NCBI GenBank assembly: GCA_964572725.1
Contig: CAZNFW010000004.1
Location: 26,373 to 90,372 of the forward strand
Direction: 5' to 3'
DNA from: an uncultured Melioribacter sp.
GTDB taxonomy: Bacteria > Bacteroidota > Ignavibacteria > Ignavibacteriales > Melioribacteraceae
DNA length: 64,000 bases
Under the pieces are notes generated by a model. The model searched no databases and was not told the origin of the DNA. It saw only the letters and a program-made list of their open reading frames with translations. The position numbers and the translations under genes were made by a program. Positions 38,832 through 47,528 of the stretch are shown here, in pieces; the first letter of the stretch is position 1, and every line of letters begins with the position of its first letter.

Positions 38832-40727
38832 TTATTTGGGTAATCTAATGATAAATGTTGTTCCTTTGTTTTCTTCACTTTTTACTCTGATAATGCCTTT
38901 GTGCATATCTACAATTTGTTTTACGATTACAAGACCCATTCCTGCTCCAGATACAGGTGCATTTGGTCTGTATATTTTACTAAATTTTTGAAACAACTTT
39001 GGAATTTCCTTTTCGGGGATTCCTATACCTGTATCACTGATTGTAATCTCTGCCTCTTTGCCATAATCACTTATCATCAAGGAAATTCTTCCGCCATTTG
39101 GTGTATACTTAATTGCATTTGAAATAAGATTACTTAAAGCCTGTTTGATTCTTTTTTTATCGGCATAAATTTTTACTTCTTTTTCAGGATATTCTTTTGA
39201 TAAAACAATTTCTTTCTTTTTAATATCCTCAGAAAATTCTGCCGCAGTTTCATCCATAAGTTTTTTGATTTCAAATTCTTCTTTCTTTAATTCTTCTTCG
39301 CCAGTTTCAAGTTTTGAAAAATCAAGAACATCATTAATAATCTTAGCCAATCTTCTGCCTTCACTCAAAATTATTTCACTAAATTCTTTTATAGTTTCCC
39401 GTGGTAAATCTTCATCTGTTGCAATTGTTTCTGCAAAACCAACAACCGAAGCAAGCGGTGTTCTTAATTCATGTGAAATGTTTGATATAAATTCGCTCTT
39501 AAGTTTGCTTAATTCTTCAAGCAGACTAATCTTTTGACGTGCTCTTTCTCTTTCAATTGATATTATTCTGTTTGCTTCTATGAGTTTAGCATTCAAATCA
39601 CGAATTTTTTGTTCATCAATTTTTCTATTTGTAATATTCCTACCAATACCAATCATGCCAGAAACTTCGCCGTCAACTATCATAGGCTTTGAATGAATTT
39701 CAAATGTAATACTTTTGTCAAATCTGTCAACAAATGCAACTTCAAAAACAACTTTTTCTTGTGTAGTTAGTATTCTTGAAAAAGCTTCTGCAATTTTTTG
39801 TTCGTCTTCTTTATCTATAAAATCCAGAAAGTGTTTTCCAATCATTTCTTCTGGTTTATAACCAAGTGTATTAGCTCCATTTTTATTTACCATGTTAAAG
39901 TAACCAAATCCATTTAATATAAAAATCAAATCGTCTGCTGTATCTATCAGCATTCTAAATTTTTCTTCGGAGTTTTCAAGTTTAAGTCTTGTTATCTTTT
40001 CTTCTGTTATATCGAGAATTATTCCCACAATTCTAATAACATTCCCGCCTCTTAAAATTGGTATACCAGAATGCTTAACCCAGTGTTCTTTTCCAAATCT
40101 ATCTTTCATTTTATATTCTATAATAGAAGATTCGCCAGTTCTTAATTTTTCAATAAATTTTTTAAATGCTCCAAAATGTTCTTTTGCAATAGTTCTAAGA
40201 ATTAAAAATTTATTTTCATAAATTTCTTCGGGTGTAAATCCGAACAATTGTCTGACTGCCTCAGTAATAAAATAATATTCACTTCCATCTGCACTTGTAG
40301 AATACAGAACTGCTTGAATACTTCCAATTGATTCTTTTAATAATTGTTCTATTCCGATTTCTTTTGTAGCATCCGTAAATAACGAGATTACATAAGATTC
40401 ACTATTTTTTTCTGGTATAAACAATGAATTAACAATAAAAAATTTTTCTGAAGAATTTTTATCAATATATTTTAATCTAAAAATTGGAATGCTTTTTTCT
40501 TCTATTGCTGCTTTAATGAAAGGTAATTCTTGAAGTGATAATAAATTATTGCTTATGTCATAAAATTTTTCTTTGTTCCAGAAATTTATGCCGAAATTTT
40601 CGGGATTATCAAACAGATTTTTTAATTTACTGTTTGACACAATTTGTTTTGCTTTCGGGTAATTAATTAAAACAGGCGCATCAATTTCTTCAATAAGCTC
40701 TATAATATTTGTTGAACTATTAATCAT
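38832..40727 (-). CDS. Cytoplasmic multi-PAS sensor histidine kinase
   Basis: It has several PAS/PAC repeats, the H-box SHELRTPL, and ATPase boxes NAIKYT, DTGIGIP, GAGMGL. There is no TM segment. Confidence 0.9.
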   Translation of the reverse strand: MINSSTNIIELIEEIDAPVLINYPKAKQIVSNSKLKNLFDNPENFGINFWNKEKFYDISNNLLSLQELPFIKAAIEEKSIPIFRLKYIDKNSSEKFFIVNSLFIPEKNSESYVISLFTDATKEIGIEQLLKESIGSIQAVLYSTSADGSEYYFITEAVRQLFGFTPEEIYENKFLILRTIAKEHFGAFKKFIEKLRTGESSIIEYKMKDRFGKEHWVKHSGIPILRGGNVIRIVGIILDITEEKITRLKLENSEEKFRMLIDTADDLIFILNGFGYFNMVNKNGANTLGYKPEEMIGKHFLDFIDKEDEQKIAEAFSRILTTQEKVVFEVAFVDRFDKSITFEIHSKPMIVDGEVSGMIGIGRNITNRKIDEQKIRDLNAKLIEANRIISIERERARQKISLLEELSKLKSEFISNISHELRTPLASVVGFAETIATDEDLPRETIKEFSEIILSEGRRLAKIINDVLDFSKLETGEEELKKEEFEIKKLMDETAAEFSEDIKKKEIVLSKEYPEKEVKIYADKKRIKQALSNLISNAIKYTPNGGRISLMISDYGKEAEITISDTGIGIPEKEIPKLFQKFSKIYRPNAPVSGAGMGLVIVKQIVDMHKGIIRVKSEENKGTTFIIRLPK

Positions 40728-40784
40728 TAATAAAATTATCTATTAATTTTATTCTAAAATAATAAATTCATTCAAGTAAACATA

Positions 40785-41906
40785 CTAAGTTTTATTCCTC
40801 CACATCTGGAAAAAGACAAAAAACAACAAACATAATATAGAAGCAAATAGCCAGTAGCCAAATCTTTTATCTAAATCTACGAGCAGAGCTCCTAAGAGTG
40901 GTCCAGCTATTGTTCCAACACCATACATCATAATAAAATAGCCATTTGCTTGAGCCATAAATTTCTTTTCAACTTTTTCAATAGTGTAACTTAAACCAAC
41001 AGTATAAATAGCAGGAACAATCCCGCCGATTAAAAAGAAAACACCAATCAGGAAAACAAAATTACCATTGATTGATGGAAGTATAATAAGCACAGATAAT
41101 AAAAGTGAAATTAACAGCAACAGTTTGCGTCTATTATACTTATCACTAATAAATCCAATTATATAAAGCAACAAAATGCCGCCTGTAACAAATGATGCAA
41201 TAAAATATGAAACCTGACTAACATCAAATAAATTTCTTAAGCCATACATTGGAATTACAACAATAATTGACGATTCAAAAAAACCGTACAATGCTGCAGA
41301 CACTACACTTATCAAAGGCATTTTAGCAAAGGGCATTTTTACTGATTTTTTATCTGCATGAACATTATTAATTTCTTTAAACATTGTAATCTGAAGAATA
41401 AACACTATAAACATTACTATAGAACCTATAACAAAAGGAAGCCATGAAGCAATTTTAATTGTCCATATTAAAATAGTTCCGGCTGCAATACCTATTGATA
41501 AAATTACTGCATAAAGATTTATATTCTTACCTCTATTACTTTCATCACTGTAGAAATTAATAATAAATTCTGTTGAGACAAAAATCATTGTACCGCCAAT
41601 TCCCATCAACAATTTAATTCCAAATAATAAAGGATACACATACCAGAAAACATGGAGCAGTGCACCAATAGACCAAATCAATAAGCCCAATCCTAAAATT
41701 TTCTTAACATTAAATTTGTCAATTAATATTCCTGCAACTGGCGAGAATAATACAACACTCAAATAATTTACCATTGTAATAGTTCCAGTAATAAATGCTG
41801 GCGCCTTATTTTGCTCAAGCAGCATAACAGTTACAGGAGTAACCAACCCAAATCCTATTCCCCCAATGCCAATCCCAACCAAAGCAATGTAAAAATTTTT
41901 ATGCAT
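40785..41906 (-). CDS. MFS transporter
   Basis: 373 aa with about 11-12 TM helices and an MFS-like loop motif (LIDKFNVKK). The substrate is unknown. Confidence 0.75.
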   Translation of the reverse strand: MHKNFYIALVGIGIGGIGFGLVTPVTVMLLEQNKAPAFITGTITMVNYLSVVLFSPVAGILIDKFNVKKILGLGLLIWSIGALLHVFWYVYPLLFGIKLLMGIGGTMIFVSTEFIINFYSDESNRGKNINLYAVILSIGIAAGTILIWTIKIASWLPFVIGSIVMFIVFILQITMFKEINNVHADKKSVKMPFAKMPLISVVSAALYGFFESSIIVVIPMYGLRNLFDVSQVSYFIASFVTGGILLLYIIGFISDKYNRRKLLLLISLLLSVLIILPSINGNFVFLIGVFFLIGGIVPAIYTVGLSYTIEKVEKKFMAQANGYFIMMYGVGTIAGPLLGALLVDLDKRFGYWLFASILCLLFFVFFQMWRNKT

Positions 41907-41976
41907 GATTATTTCACAAGCAGATTATTTATTAAATAAATAGATTTACAATGTCTTTTAATTACATTTGAATATA

Positions 41977-43200
41977 ATGGAAGCAAAATATAAAAATAAA
42001 CCCGAACTTTTAGCTCCTGCTGGCGACTGGAGTATGCTTAATGCAGCAATTAAAGCAGGTGCAAATGCAATTTATTTTGGTGTTGAAAGCCTTAATATGC
42101 GGGCAATGGCAAAAAATTTTGAACTCAAGGATTTGAGAGAAATTTCACAGATATGCAGAAAAAACAAAATTAAATCTCATCTTACACTAAACACTATAAT
42201 TTTTGAAAATGAACTTGATGAATTAGACAGAATTATTAGTGCTGCAAAAGAAAACGGAATTGATATGATAATTGGATGGGATTTAGCTGTACTTCAAAAA
42301 TGTAAAGAATATGATATGCCATTTTGTGTGAGCACACAGGCTTCGATTTCTAATTCTGAGGCTGCTAAATTCTATAAAAATCTTGGTGCAAAAAGAATAG
42401 TGCTTGCAAGAGAATGCACACTTGATAAAATTATCGAAATAAAAAACAAAGTTGATATAGAAATCGAAACATTTATACACGGAGCCATGTGCATAGCTGT
42501 AAGCGGCAGATGCTTTATGAGTCATGAAGTATTTAATAAAAGTGCTAATCGAGGAGAATGCCTTCAACCCTGCAGAAGAGAATATGAAATTTATGATAAA
42601 GACGAAAAATTTAGTTTAAGAATTGGGGATGGTTATGTTCTTTCTCCTAAAGATTTATGCACAATTGATTTCATTGACAAATTAATTGAAGCAAATATTG
42701 ATGCTTTCAAAATTGAAGGCAGAAAAAGAAGTCCTGAATACATTTACAAAGTTACATCCGTTTATAGAAATGCTATAGACTTATATTTCGAAAACAAATT
42801 AACAGATGAAATCAAACTAAAATTAACAGAAGAACTTTCAAAAGTTTATAACCGTGGATTTTCAAAAGGATTTTACTTTGGAACACCTGGAACAGAAGAT
42901 TTTGCTAACGCATACGGAAGCATTGCAACTACAAGAAAAATTTATGTGGGCAAAGTTTTAAACTATTACAAGAAAAACAAAATTGCTTACGTAAAAATTG
43001 AAGCTAACGATTTAAACATTGGTGATTCAATCTACATTATTGGCAATACTACTGGAGTGGTTGAATTAAAAATAGAAGAAATGATGCGGGAAGAAAATAA
43101 AATTATAAAAGCCGAAAAAGGATATGATATTACTTTCCCGTGCAAAGAACTTGTAAGAGAAAATGACAAGGTTTATAAAATTACTTCCACTCAAGCTTAG
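41977..43200 (+). CDS. Peptidase U32 family protein (collagenase-like / RNA hydroxylation-associated family)
   Basis: It has PELLAPAG and the U32 signature E.FIHGAMCIAVSGRCFMS. I prefer the ATG at 41977 over the TTG at 41968. Confidence 0.85.
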   Translation: MEAKYKNKPELLAPAGDWSMLNAAIKAGANAIYFGVESLNMRAMAKNFELKDLREISQICRKNKIKSHLTLNTIIFENELDELDRIISAAKENGIDMIIGWDLAVLQKCKEYDMPFCVSTQASISNSEAAKFYKNLGAKRIVLARECTLDKIIEIKNKVDIEIETFIHGAMCIAVSGRCFMSHEVFNKSANRGECLQPCRREYEIYDKDEKFSLRIGDGYVLSPKDLCTIDFIDKLIEANIDAFKIEGRKRSPEYIYKVTSVYRNAIDLYFENKLTDEIKLKLTEELSKVYNRGFSKGFYFGTPGTEDFANAYGSIATTRKIYVGKVLNYYKKNKIAYVKIEANDLNIGDSIYIIGNTTGVVELKIEEMMREENKIIKAEKGYDITFPCKELVRENDKVYKITSTQA

Positions 43201-43552
43201 GTTTTGAATTCATTATACCAAAACTTGCTAAAGCTTCATCAAGAGTTGAAAAAACCTTAAATACTTTGTCCATACGTGTGACCATAAAGACAAGCGAGGG
43301 AACATCTTTATTATAAACCAATCTCAAATCTCCTCCCAAAGAATTAACTTTCTTGAGCTGAGAAACTAAAGCACCCAAAAATGTTGAATCGATATATTCG
43401 CACAAAGTAAGGTCAATAATAATTTTTTTAATTCCTTCATTAATAACTTCTGTGACAAAATCTTTGAATTTTACAGCTTTTGTTAAAGTAGCTCTTGTTA
43501 AATAAATATGTATTACTGCTACATCTTTATATTTTTCAGTTTTAAATTCCAT
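43181..43552 (-). CDS. STAS-domain protein (anti-sigma-factor antagonist-like), copy 2
   Basis: 123 aa, paralogous to 37093..37437. Shared motifs are IDSTFLG, LKKV..LGGDL.LV and F.VF....A..SF. Confidence 0.8.
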   Translation of the reverse strand: MEFKTEKYKDVAVIHIYLTRATLTKAVKFKDFVTEVINEGIKKIIIDLTLCEYIDSTFLGALVSQLKKVNSLGGDLRLVYNKDVPSLVFMVTRMDKVFKVFSTLDEALASFGIMNSKPKLEWK

Positions 43553-43640
43553 AAACGAACAAAATTTTTTCTAATCTTAATATATAAATATTTGATTAGT
43601 TATGAAAATTATACGCTGCAATAAAGTTTCGAAACCTTTT

Positions 43641-43687
43641 AAAATAAAAAAGGCGAAGGGTATTGAAACTTGAACTTACCTTCGCCT
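43641..43687 (-). terminator. Strong intrinsic terminator (minus strand)
   Basis: On the minus strand the stem is aggcgaagg(ta) / (ta)cccttcgcct (9-12 bp, one bulged G), followed by ttttttatttt. The plus-strand reading has no U-tract. Confidence 0.7.
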
Positions 43688-43715
43688 CTTAAGGACGGAG
43701 CTTGTTTGTGTGTGT
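43641..43715 (-). ncRNA. Candidate ~75-nt sigma-54-dependent small RNA, or the terminated leader of the STAS-2 gene
   Basis: The predicted TSS is about 12 nt below the -12 GC. The transcript would read ACACACACAAACAAGCUCCGUCCUUAAG, then the terminator hairpin, then the U-tract. Confidence 0.35.
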
Positions 43716-43726
43716 ATAGCAACAAC

Positions 43727-43741
43727 GCAATTTAAGTGCCA
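43727..43741 (-). promoter_or_regulatory. Sigma-54 (-24/-12) promoter
   Basis: The minus strand reads TGGCACttaaaTTGC, an exact match to the TGGCAC-N5-TTGC consensus. It lies in an intergenic region, and two sigma-54 activators are encoded within 10 kb. Confidence 0.7.
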
Positions 43742-43845
43742 TTTATAAAAATGAAATTTTTCTAATATTTCACTGCATTATTATTTTATTTTATGCGAAT
43801 ATTTTTCGTGGCATCGGAAAATTATTCGGTCAATGTTTTGAAGAA

Positions 43846-44655
43846 TTAAAATGGAATTCTAATACTTAATTGAATTCCATTCTTAAACATCATAAATGAA
43901 TTTGACTCTGGATTTATAATTTCTTTCATGAAAATTTCATTATCATTAAAAAACAATAAATCAAGCTGACTATAAACCCACAGTGCAATGTAGGATATTA
44001 TTAAAATGTTTCTTGTTTTATATGATTTATTGTATAAATCATATTTCTGCTGAATCAACAAATTATCAACTTCATTCAAATAATCATTTTCTTTTTTGTT
44101 TGTATCGTAGATATAATAAACAGCAGCAGAAAGATTTATTAAAGAAAGAGCCCCGAGAAGTGAGCCTTTTGCTTTTAGACCGCAGGAAAATTGTCCTAAA
44201 CCGGGCAGAAAAATATTTCTTATTAAAGAATTTCTCAGAAGTGAATAATCAAAAAATTTCTGCTTTGAAATTTGCGTGCTATCAATCGGAATAGTTTCTG
44301 TTTTTAATGTATTGATAAAATCAACTTTTACCTGATTAAAAATTGTAATAAGCTTAGGAGATATTTTTGAAGGGTCAGCATTGTAGTCACTTTTTATCTT
44401 CAAAATTTCTTTGAAACTTTCTTTTGTTGAATCTTCAAAACCAAGTGTATAAAATGATACTGCTCTCATCAAATAAATGTCAATTAAAAGCGTATCGGGC
44501 AAAGATTTTTCTTTTAACAATACATTTGAATATTTAATTACATTTTCATATTCAAAAGAATCATATTCTCTTTTGACTTTTTCAAATGAGATTTCCTGAG
44601 CAAAAGTATTTAATGAATATAAAAACAATAAAAAGAAGAATATTTTTTTAATCAT
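43846..44655 (-). CDS. Hypothetical exported/membrane protein, with a TPR-like N-terminal half and a C-terminal membrane segment (possibly DUF5683-like)
   Basis: It has a signal peptide, helical repeats, and an FLPGLGQFSCG...LGALSL hydrophobic region. Its start overlaps the upstream gene by 4 nt (ATGA). Confidence 0.45.
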   Translation of the reverse strand: MIKKIFFFLLFLYSLNTFAQEISFEKVKREYDSFEYENVIKYSNVLLKEKSLPDTLLIDIYLMRAVSFYTLGFEDSTKESFKEILKIKSDYNADPSKISPKLITIFNQVKVDFINTLKTETIPIDSTQISKQKFFDYSLLRNSLIRNIFLPGLGQFSCGLKAKGSLLGALSLINLSAAVYYIYDTNKKENDYLNEVDNLLIQQKYDLYNKSYKTRNILIISYIALWVYSQLDLLFFNDNEIFMKEIINPESNSFMMFKNGIQLSIRIPF

Positions 44656-45941
44656 TTGAGAAGAACCATTTTTCTGGTTTGAATTAGATTATCTGTTTTC
44701 AAACATACAAAATAAATTCCTGCTGGAACTTCTTTGCCAAATTTATCTTTTCCATTCCAATCAATTGAATATCTTCCAGCATAAAGATTTCCATGTTTCA
44801 ATGTTATTATATGCTGACCAAGCAGAGAATAAATATCAAGTGAAACAGAAGAATATCTTGATAATTCAAATGAAATTGTTGTATTTGGATTAAAAGGATT
44901 AGGATAGTTCTGAAATAATACATCGGTTTTTGGCAGTTCATTTTTTTCTTCATTATCGGATTTAGTTGTAACAAGTGCAAGTTTTTCAAGATATGGAACA
45001 ATATTTCCATTTTCATCTCTTCCGCCAAAAACAACAATTGTATTTCCATAATTAATTGCCATTGGATTTCTTCTTGCATATTTAAGAGAGGGGAATGGAT
45101 AAACAAGAACTCTTCCATCACTTAAAATGTCAATTGCTTCAACGGACTTGAGAGCTCTATCGGTTTCATTAAAACCGCCAATTATAAAACCTCTTTTTAA
45201 TACAGAATTGTAAATAGCCACTCCTCCGGCTCGGGGAGTTAAAAGTTTTTGCGGCAGTTCTTCTATTTTATTTTTAGCAATATCAAATTTATTAATTGAA
45301 GAAAGAGCACCATTTAAAATTCCACCAAAAATATAAATGTTATTATCAAGAAGAATACTCATCTGCTGCTTTGGCTGATTTTGACTTGTGGTTCCGTAAG
45401 TAAAATTTATTTTTTTGTTTATTAAATCATATCCAATAATATAAGGAAGTTCTGCAGCTCCGCTCGGGATAGGTTCACCTCCTATAACATACAACAAATT
45501 ATTTTTTATATATCCAGTAGAAAAAGCTCTTGCAAAATTATCCTGAGTATCAAAAACAATAGGATCAGATGGAATCGATTTATAATTCCATGATTCCATA
45601 ATATTTTTTTCCTGAGAAAACTCACTTACTCCGCCAAAATATAGAATTTGCGACTGCCATATGTTTGCCACAAACAAATATCTCGGCTGATTCATTTTGC
45701 CAACAATTTTCCATTCACCCGAAAGAATATTGTATTCCTGAATCCAGTCAACAACTTCTTTTGAAGAATTTTCTCCACCAAGTACATAAAATTTATTGCT
45801 AACTGTATCGTATACAACCTGGCCTCCCGAAACAGGAAACTTCATATCCCATCCGGTTACAACCTGCCATTCCCAATTCTGTGCAAGAATTGGCAGGGCA
45901 AATAATATCAATATGGTAAAAATTTTTCTTCTCATACTCAC
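44652..45941 (-). CDS. Secreted Kelch-repeat beta-propeller protein with a T9SS C-terminal sorting domain
   Basis: It has a signal peptide and repeated ...YV.GG... / W..V Kelch-like blades. The C-terminus is NYPNPFNPNTTISF...GIYFVCL. Confidence 0.8.
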   Translation of the reverse strand: MSMRRKIFTILILFALPILAQNWEWQVVTGWDMKFPVSGGQVVYDTVSNKFYVLGGENSSKEVVDWIQEYNILSGEWKIVGKMNQPRYLFVANIWQSQILYFGGVSEFSQEKNIMESWNYKSIPSDPIVFDTQDNFARAFSTGYIKNNLLYVIGGEPIPSGAAELPYIIGYDLINKKINFTYGTTSQNQPKQQMSILLDNNIYIFGGILNGALSSINKFDIAKNKIEELPQKLLTPRAGGVAIYNSVLKRGFIIGGFNETDRALKSVEAIDILSDGRVLVYPFPSLKYARRNPMAINYGNTIVVFGGRDENGNIVPYLEKLALVTTKSDNEEKNELPKTDVLFQNYPNPFNPNTTISFELSRYSSVSLDIYSLLGQHIITLKHGNLYAGRYSIDWNGKDKFGKEVPAGIYFVCLKTDNLIQTRKMVLLK

Positions 45942-45974
45942 CTCTTTCTAATGTATAGGACAACTTCTATACCA

Positions 45975-47528
45975 TCATTTTTCCTTTAATACAAATTTAA
46001 GTTGAATAGTATCTCCCTGTTTAATATAAAAACTTGTATCAATATCCCGATAATTTGGATTTTTAACAGATAATCTCACAAAACCGGGAAAAACTCTTAT
46101 TAATTCTTTCATAGGAGTTTGACCTTTGAAATCCCCGTTTACATAAATGTTACCCCACGGATTAACTTTGCAATTTATATATCCCATCAACGATTCAAGT
46201 GAAACTTTTAAGTTTGTTACCTGCGAATGATTTATTTTAATAACTTCAGAATAAATTGGATAGTCGGGATGAACTAATTTAACAGTGTGTTCTCCTTCTG
46301 TTAAAGTTAATGGTTTGGTCATTGGTGTAGTTTCAAGTTTTTCTCCATCAACATAAACATCAGCCCATGGGAAACATTCAACAAATAATCCTCCATATTT
46401 AAGTGTAGTTATCTCAGCAGCTCTATTTGTTTGATTCTCTGTTGTTTGAGCAGCAATCAAACTGGAATCATTTTTATCACCGGGTGATAGTTTTTCCCTC
46501 TGTGCAACTTTTTCTTTTGCCGGTTCATTTTTTTGTTGATTTATCTTTTGTTCAGATGGCAAAGCTTTTTTTAATTGTATTTGATTTAAGAAAACAGTCA
46601 GCGCTATTAATAGAACTATTAAAGCAACCCCCGAAATAATAATCTTTGTCTTTCTTCTATTGTAGTTTACATCTTTGCTCAAAGAAATTGTCAATTGTTC
46701 TGGTTGAACATTTAATTCATTTAATACTTCAAGTGCAGAATTATAGCGAAACGCAGGTTTTTTCTTTAAAAGACGAATAATAATTTGTCTAATTTCTTCT
46801 GATATTTCACTCAGTCCTTCAATAATACTGTTTTCATTGTAAGACATTATTTCGTTTAAAGTAAGAGTAACATTTTCTTTTAAGAATGGGTTTTTTCCTG
46901 TAAACATTTCATATATCACAACGCCTGCGGAAAACAAATCACTTTGATAAGTTAGTTTTGCTCCTGCTACCTGTTCTGGCGACATGTAACTGGGCGTTCC
47001 AACAATTGAATAAGGACTTGTCACAAAATTATCTTCTGCAGAGAGTGCCAGTCCAAAATCACCCAGTTTTAAGTTCATGTTATTGTCAATAAAAATATTT
47101 TCTGGTTTTATATCTCGATGAATAATTTTATTTGAATGAGCAAAATGAATGGCTTTGAAAAGTTGTATTGTTAAAAGTTTTTTTTCTTCATAAGAAAGAT
47201 TTCGGTGTTTTAATAAATTTCTTAAACTTTCGCCTTCAATGTATTCAAATGAAATGTAGAAATATTCTTTGCTTGTTCCAAAATCGAGAACTTTAATAAT
47301 ATTAGGATGGTCAAGTTTTGCAAGTAATTTTGCTTCACGTTTGAATCTTTCGATTAATGTTTGGTCAGATATTTTTTCTGTATTAAGGACTTTCAGAATA
47401 ATTTTTTTATTTAGATAAATATGATTGGCAAGATAAACTGCAGCGTGTTCATCTTTTTTGAGTACATCAAGAATTTCAAACTTCTCGAATAATATTTCTG
47501 TTGAACTAAGCATCGTTTTGCTGTTCAC
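45975..47528 (-). CDS. Hanks-type Ser/Thr protein kinase with a TM helix and extracytoplasmic PEGA domains
   Basis: It has the catalytic loop HRDIKPENI, DFG, and an SPEQ (APE-like) motif. A TM helix IIISGVALIVLLIALTVFL follows, then two PEGA-like repeats (VYVDGEKLETTP, IYVNGDFKGQTP). Confidence 0.9.
   Translation of the reverse strand: MNSKTMLSSTEILFEKFEILDVLKKDEHAAVYLANHIYLNKKIILKVLNTEKISDQTLIERFKREAKLLAKLDHPNIIKVLDFGTSKEYFYISFEYIEGESLRNLLKHRNLSYEEKKLLTIQLFKAIHFAHSNKIIHRDIKPENIFIDNNMNLKLGDFGLALSAEDNFVTSPYSIVGTPSYMSPEQVAGAKLTYQSDLFSAGVVIYEMFTGKNPFLKENVTLTLNEIMSYNENSIIEGLSEISEEIRQIIIRLLKKKPAFRYNSALEVLNELNVQPEQLTISLSKDVNYNRRKTKIIISGVALIVLLIALTVFLNQIQLKKALPSEQKINQQKNEPAKEKVAQREKLSPGDKNDSSLIAAQTTENQTNRAAEITTLKYGGLFVECFPWADVYVDGEKLETTPMTKPLTLTEGEHTVKLVHPDYPIYSEVIKINHSQVTNLKVSLESLMGYINCKVNPWGNIYVNGDFKGQTPMKELIRVFPGFVRLSVKNPNYRDIDTSFYIKQGDTIQLKFVLKEK

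Noticed and set aside
43651-43687. The hairpin could instead be a plus-strand terminator for the U32 peptidase gene.
   Set aside because: The U32 gene ends at 43200, inside the convergent STAS gene. On the plus strand the stem is followed by cttaaggacgg rather than a T-run. Only the minus-strand reading has a U-tract.
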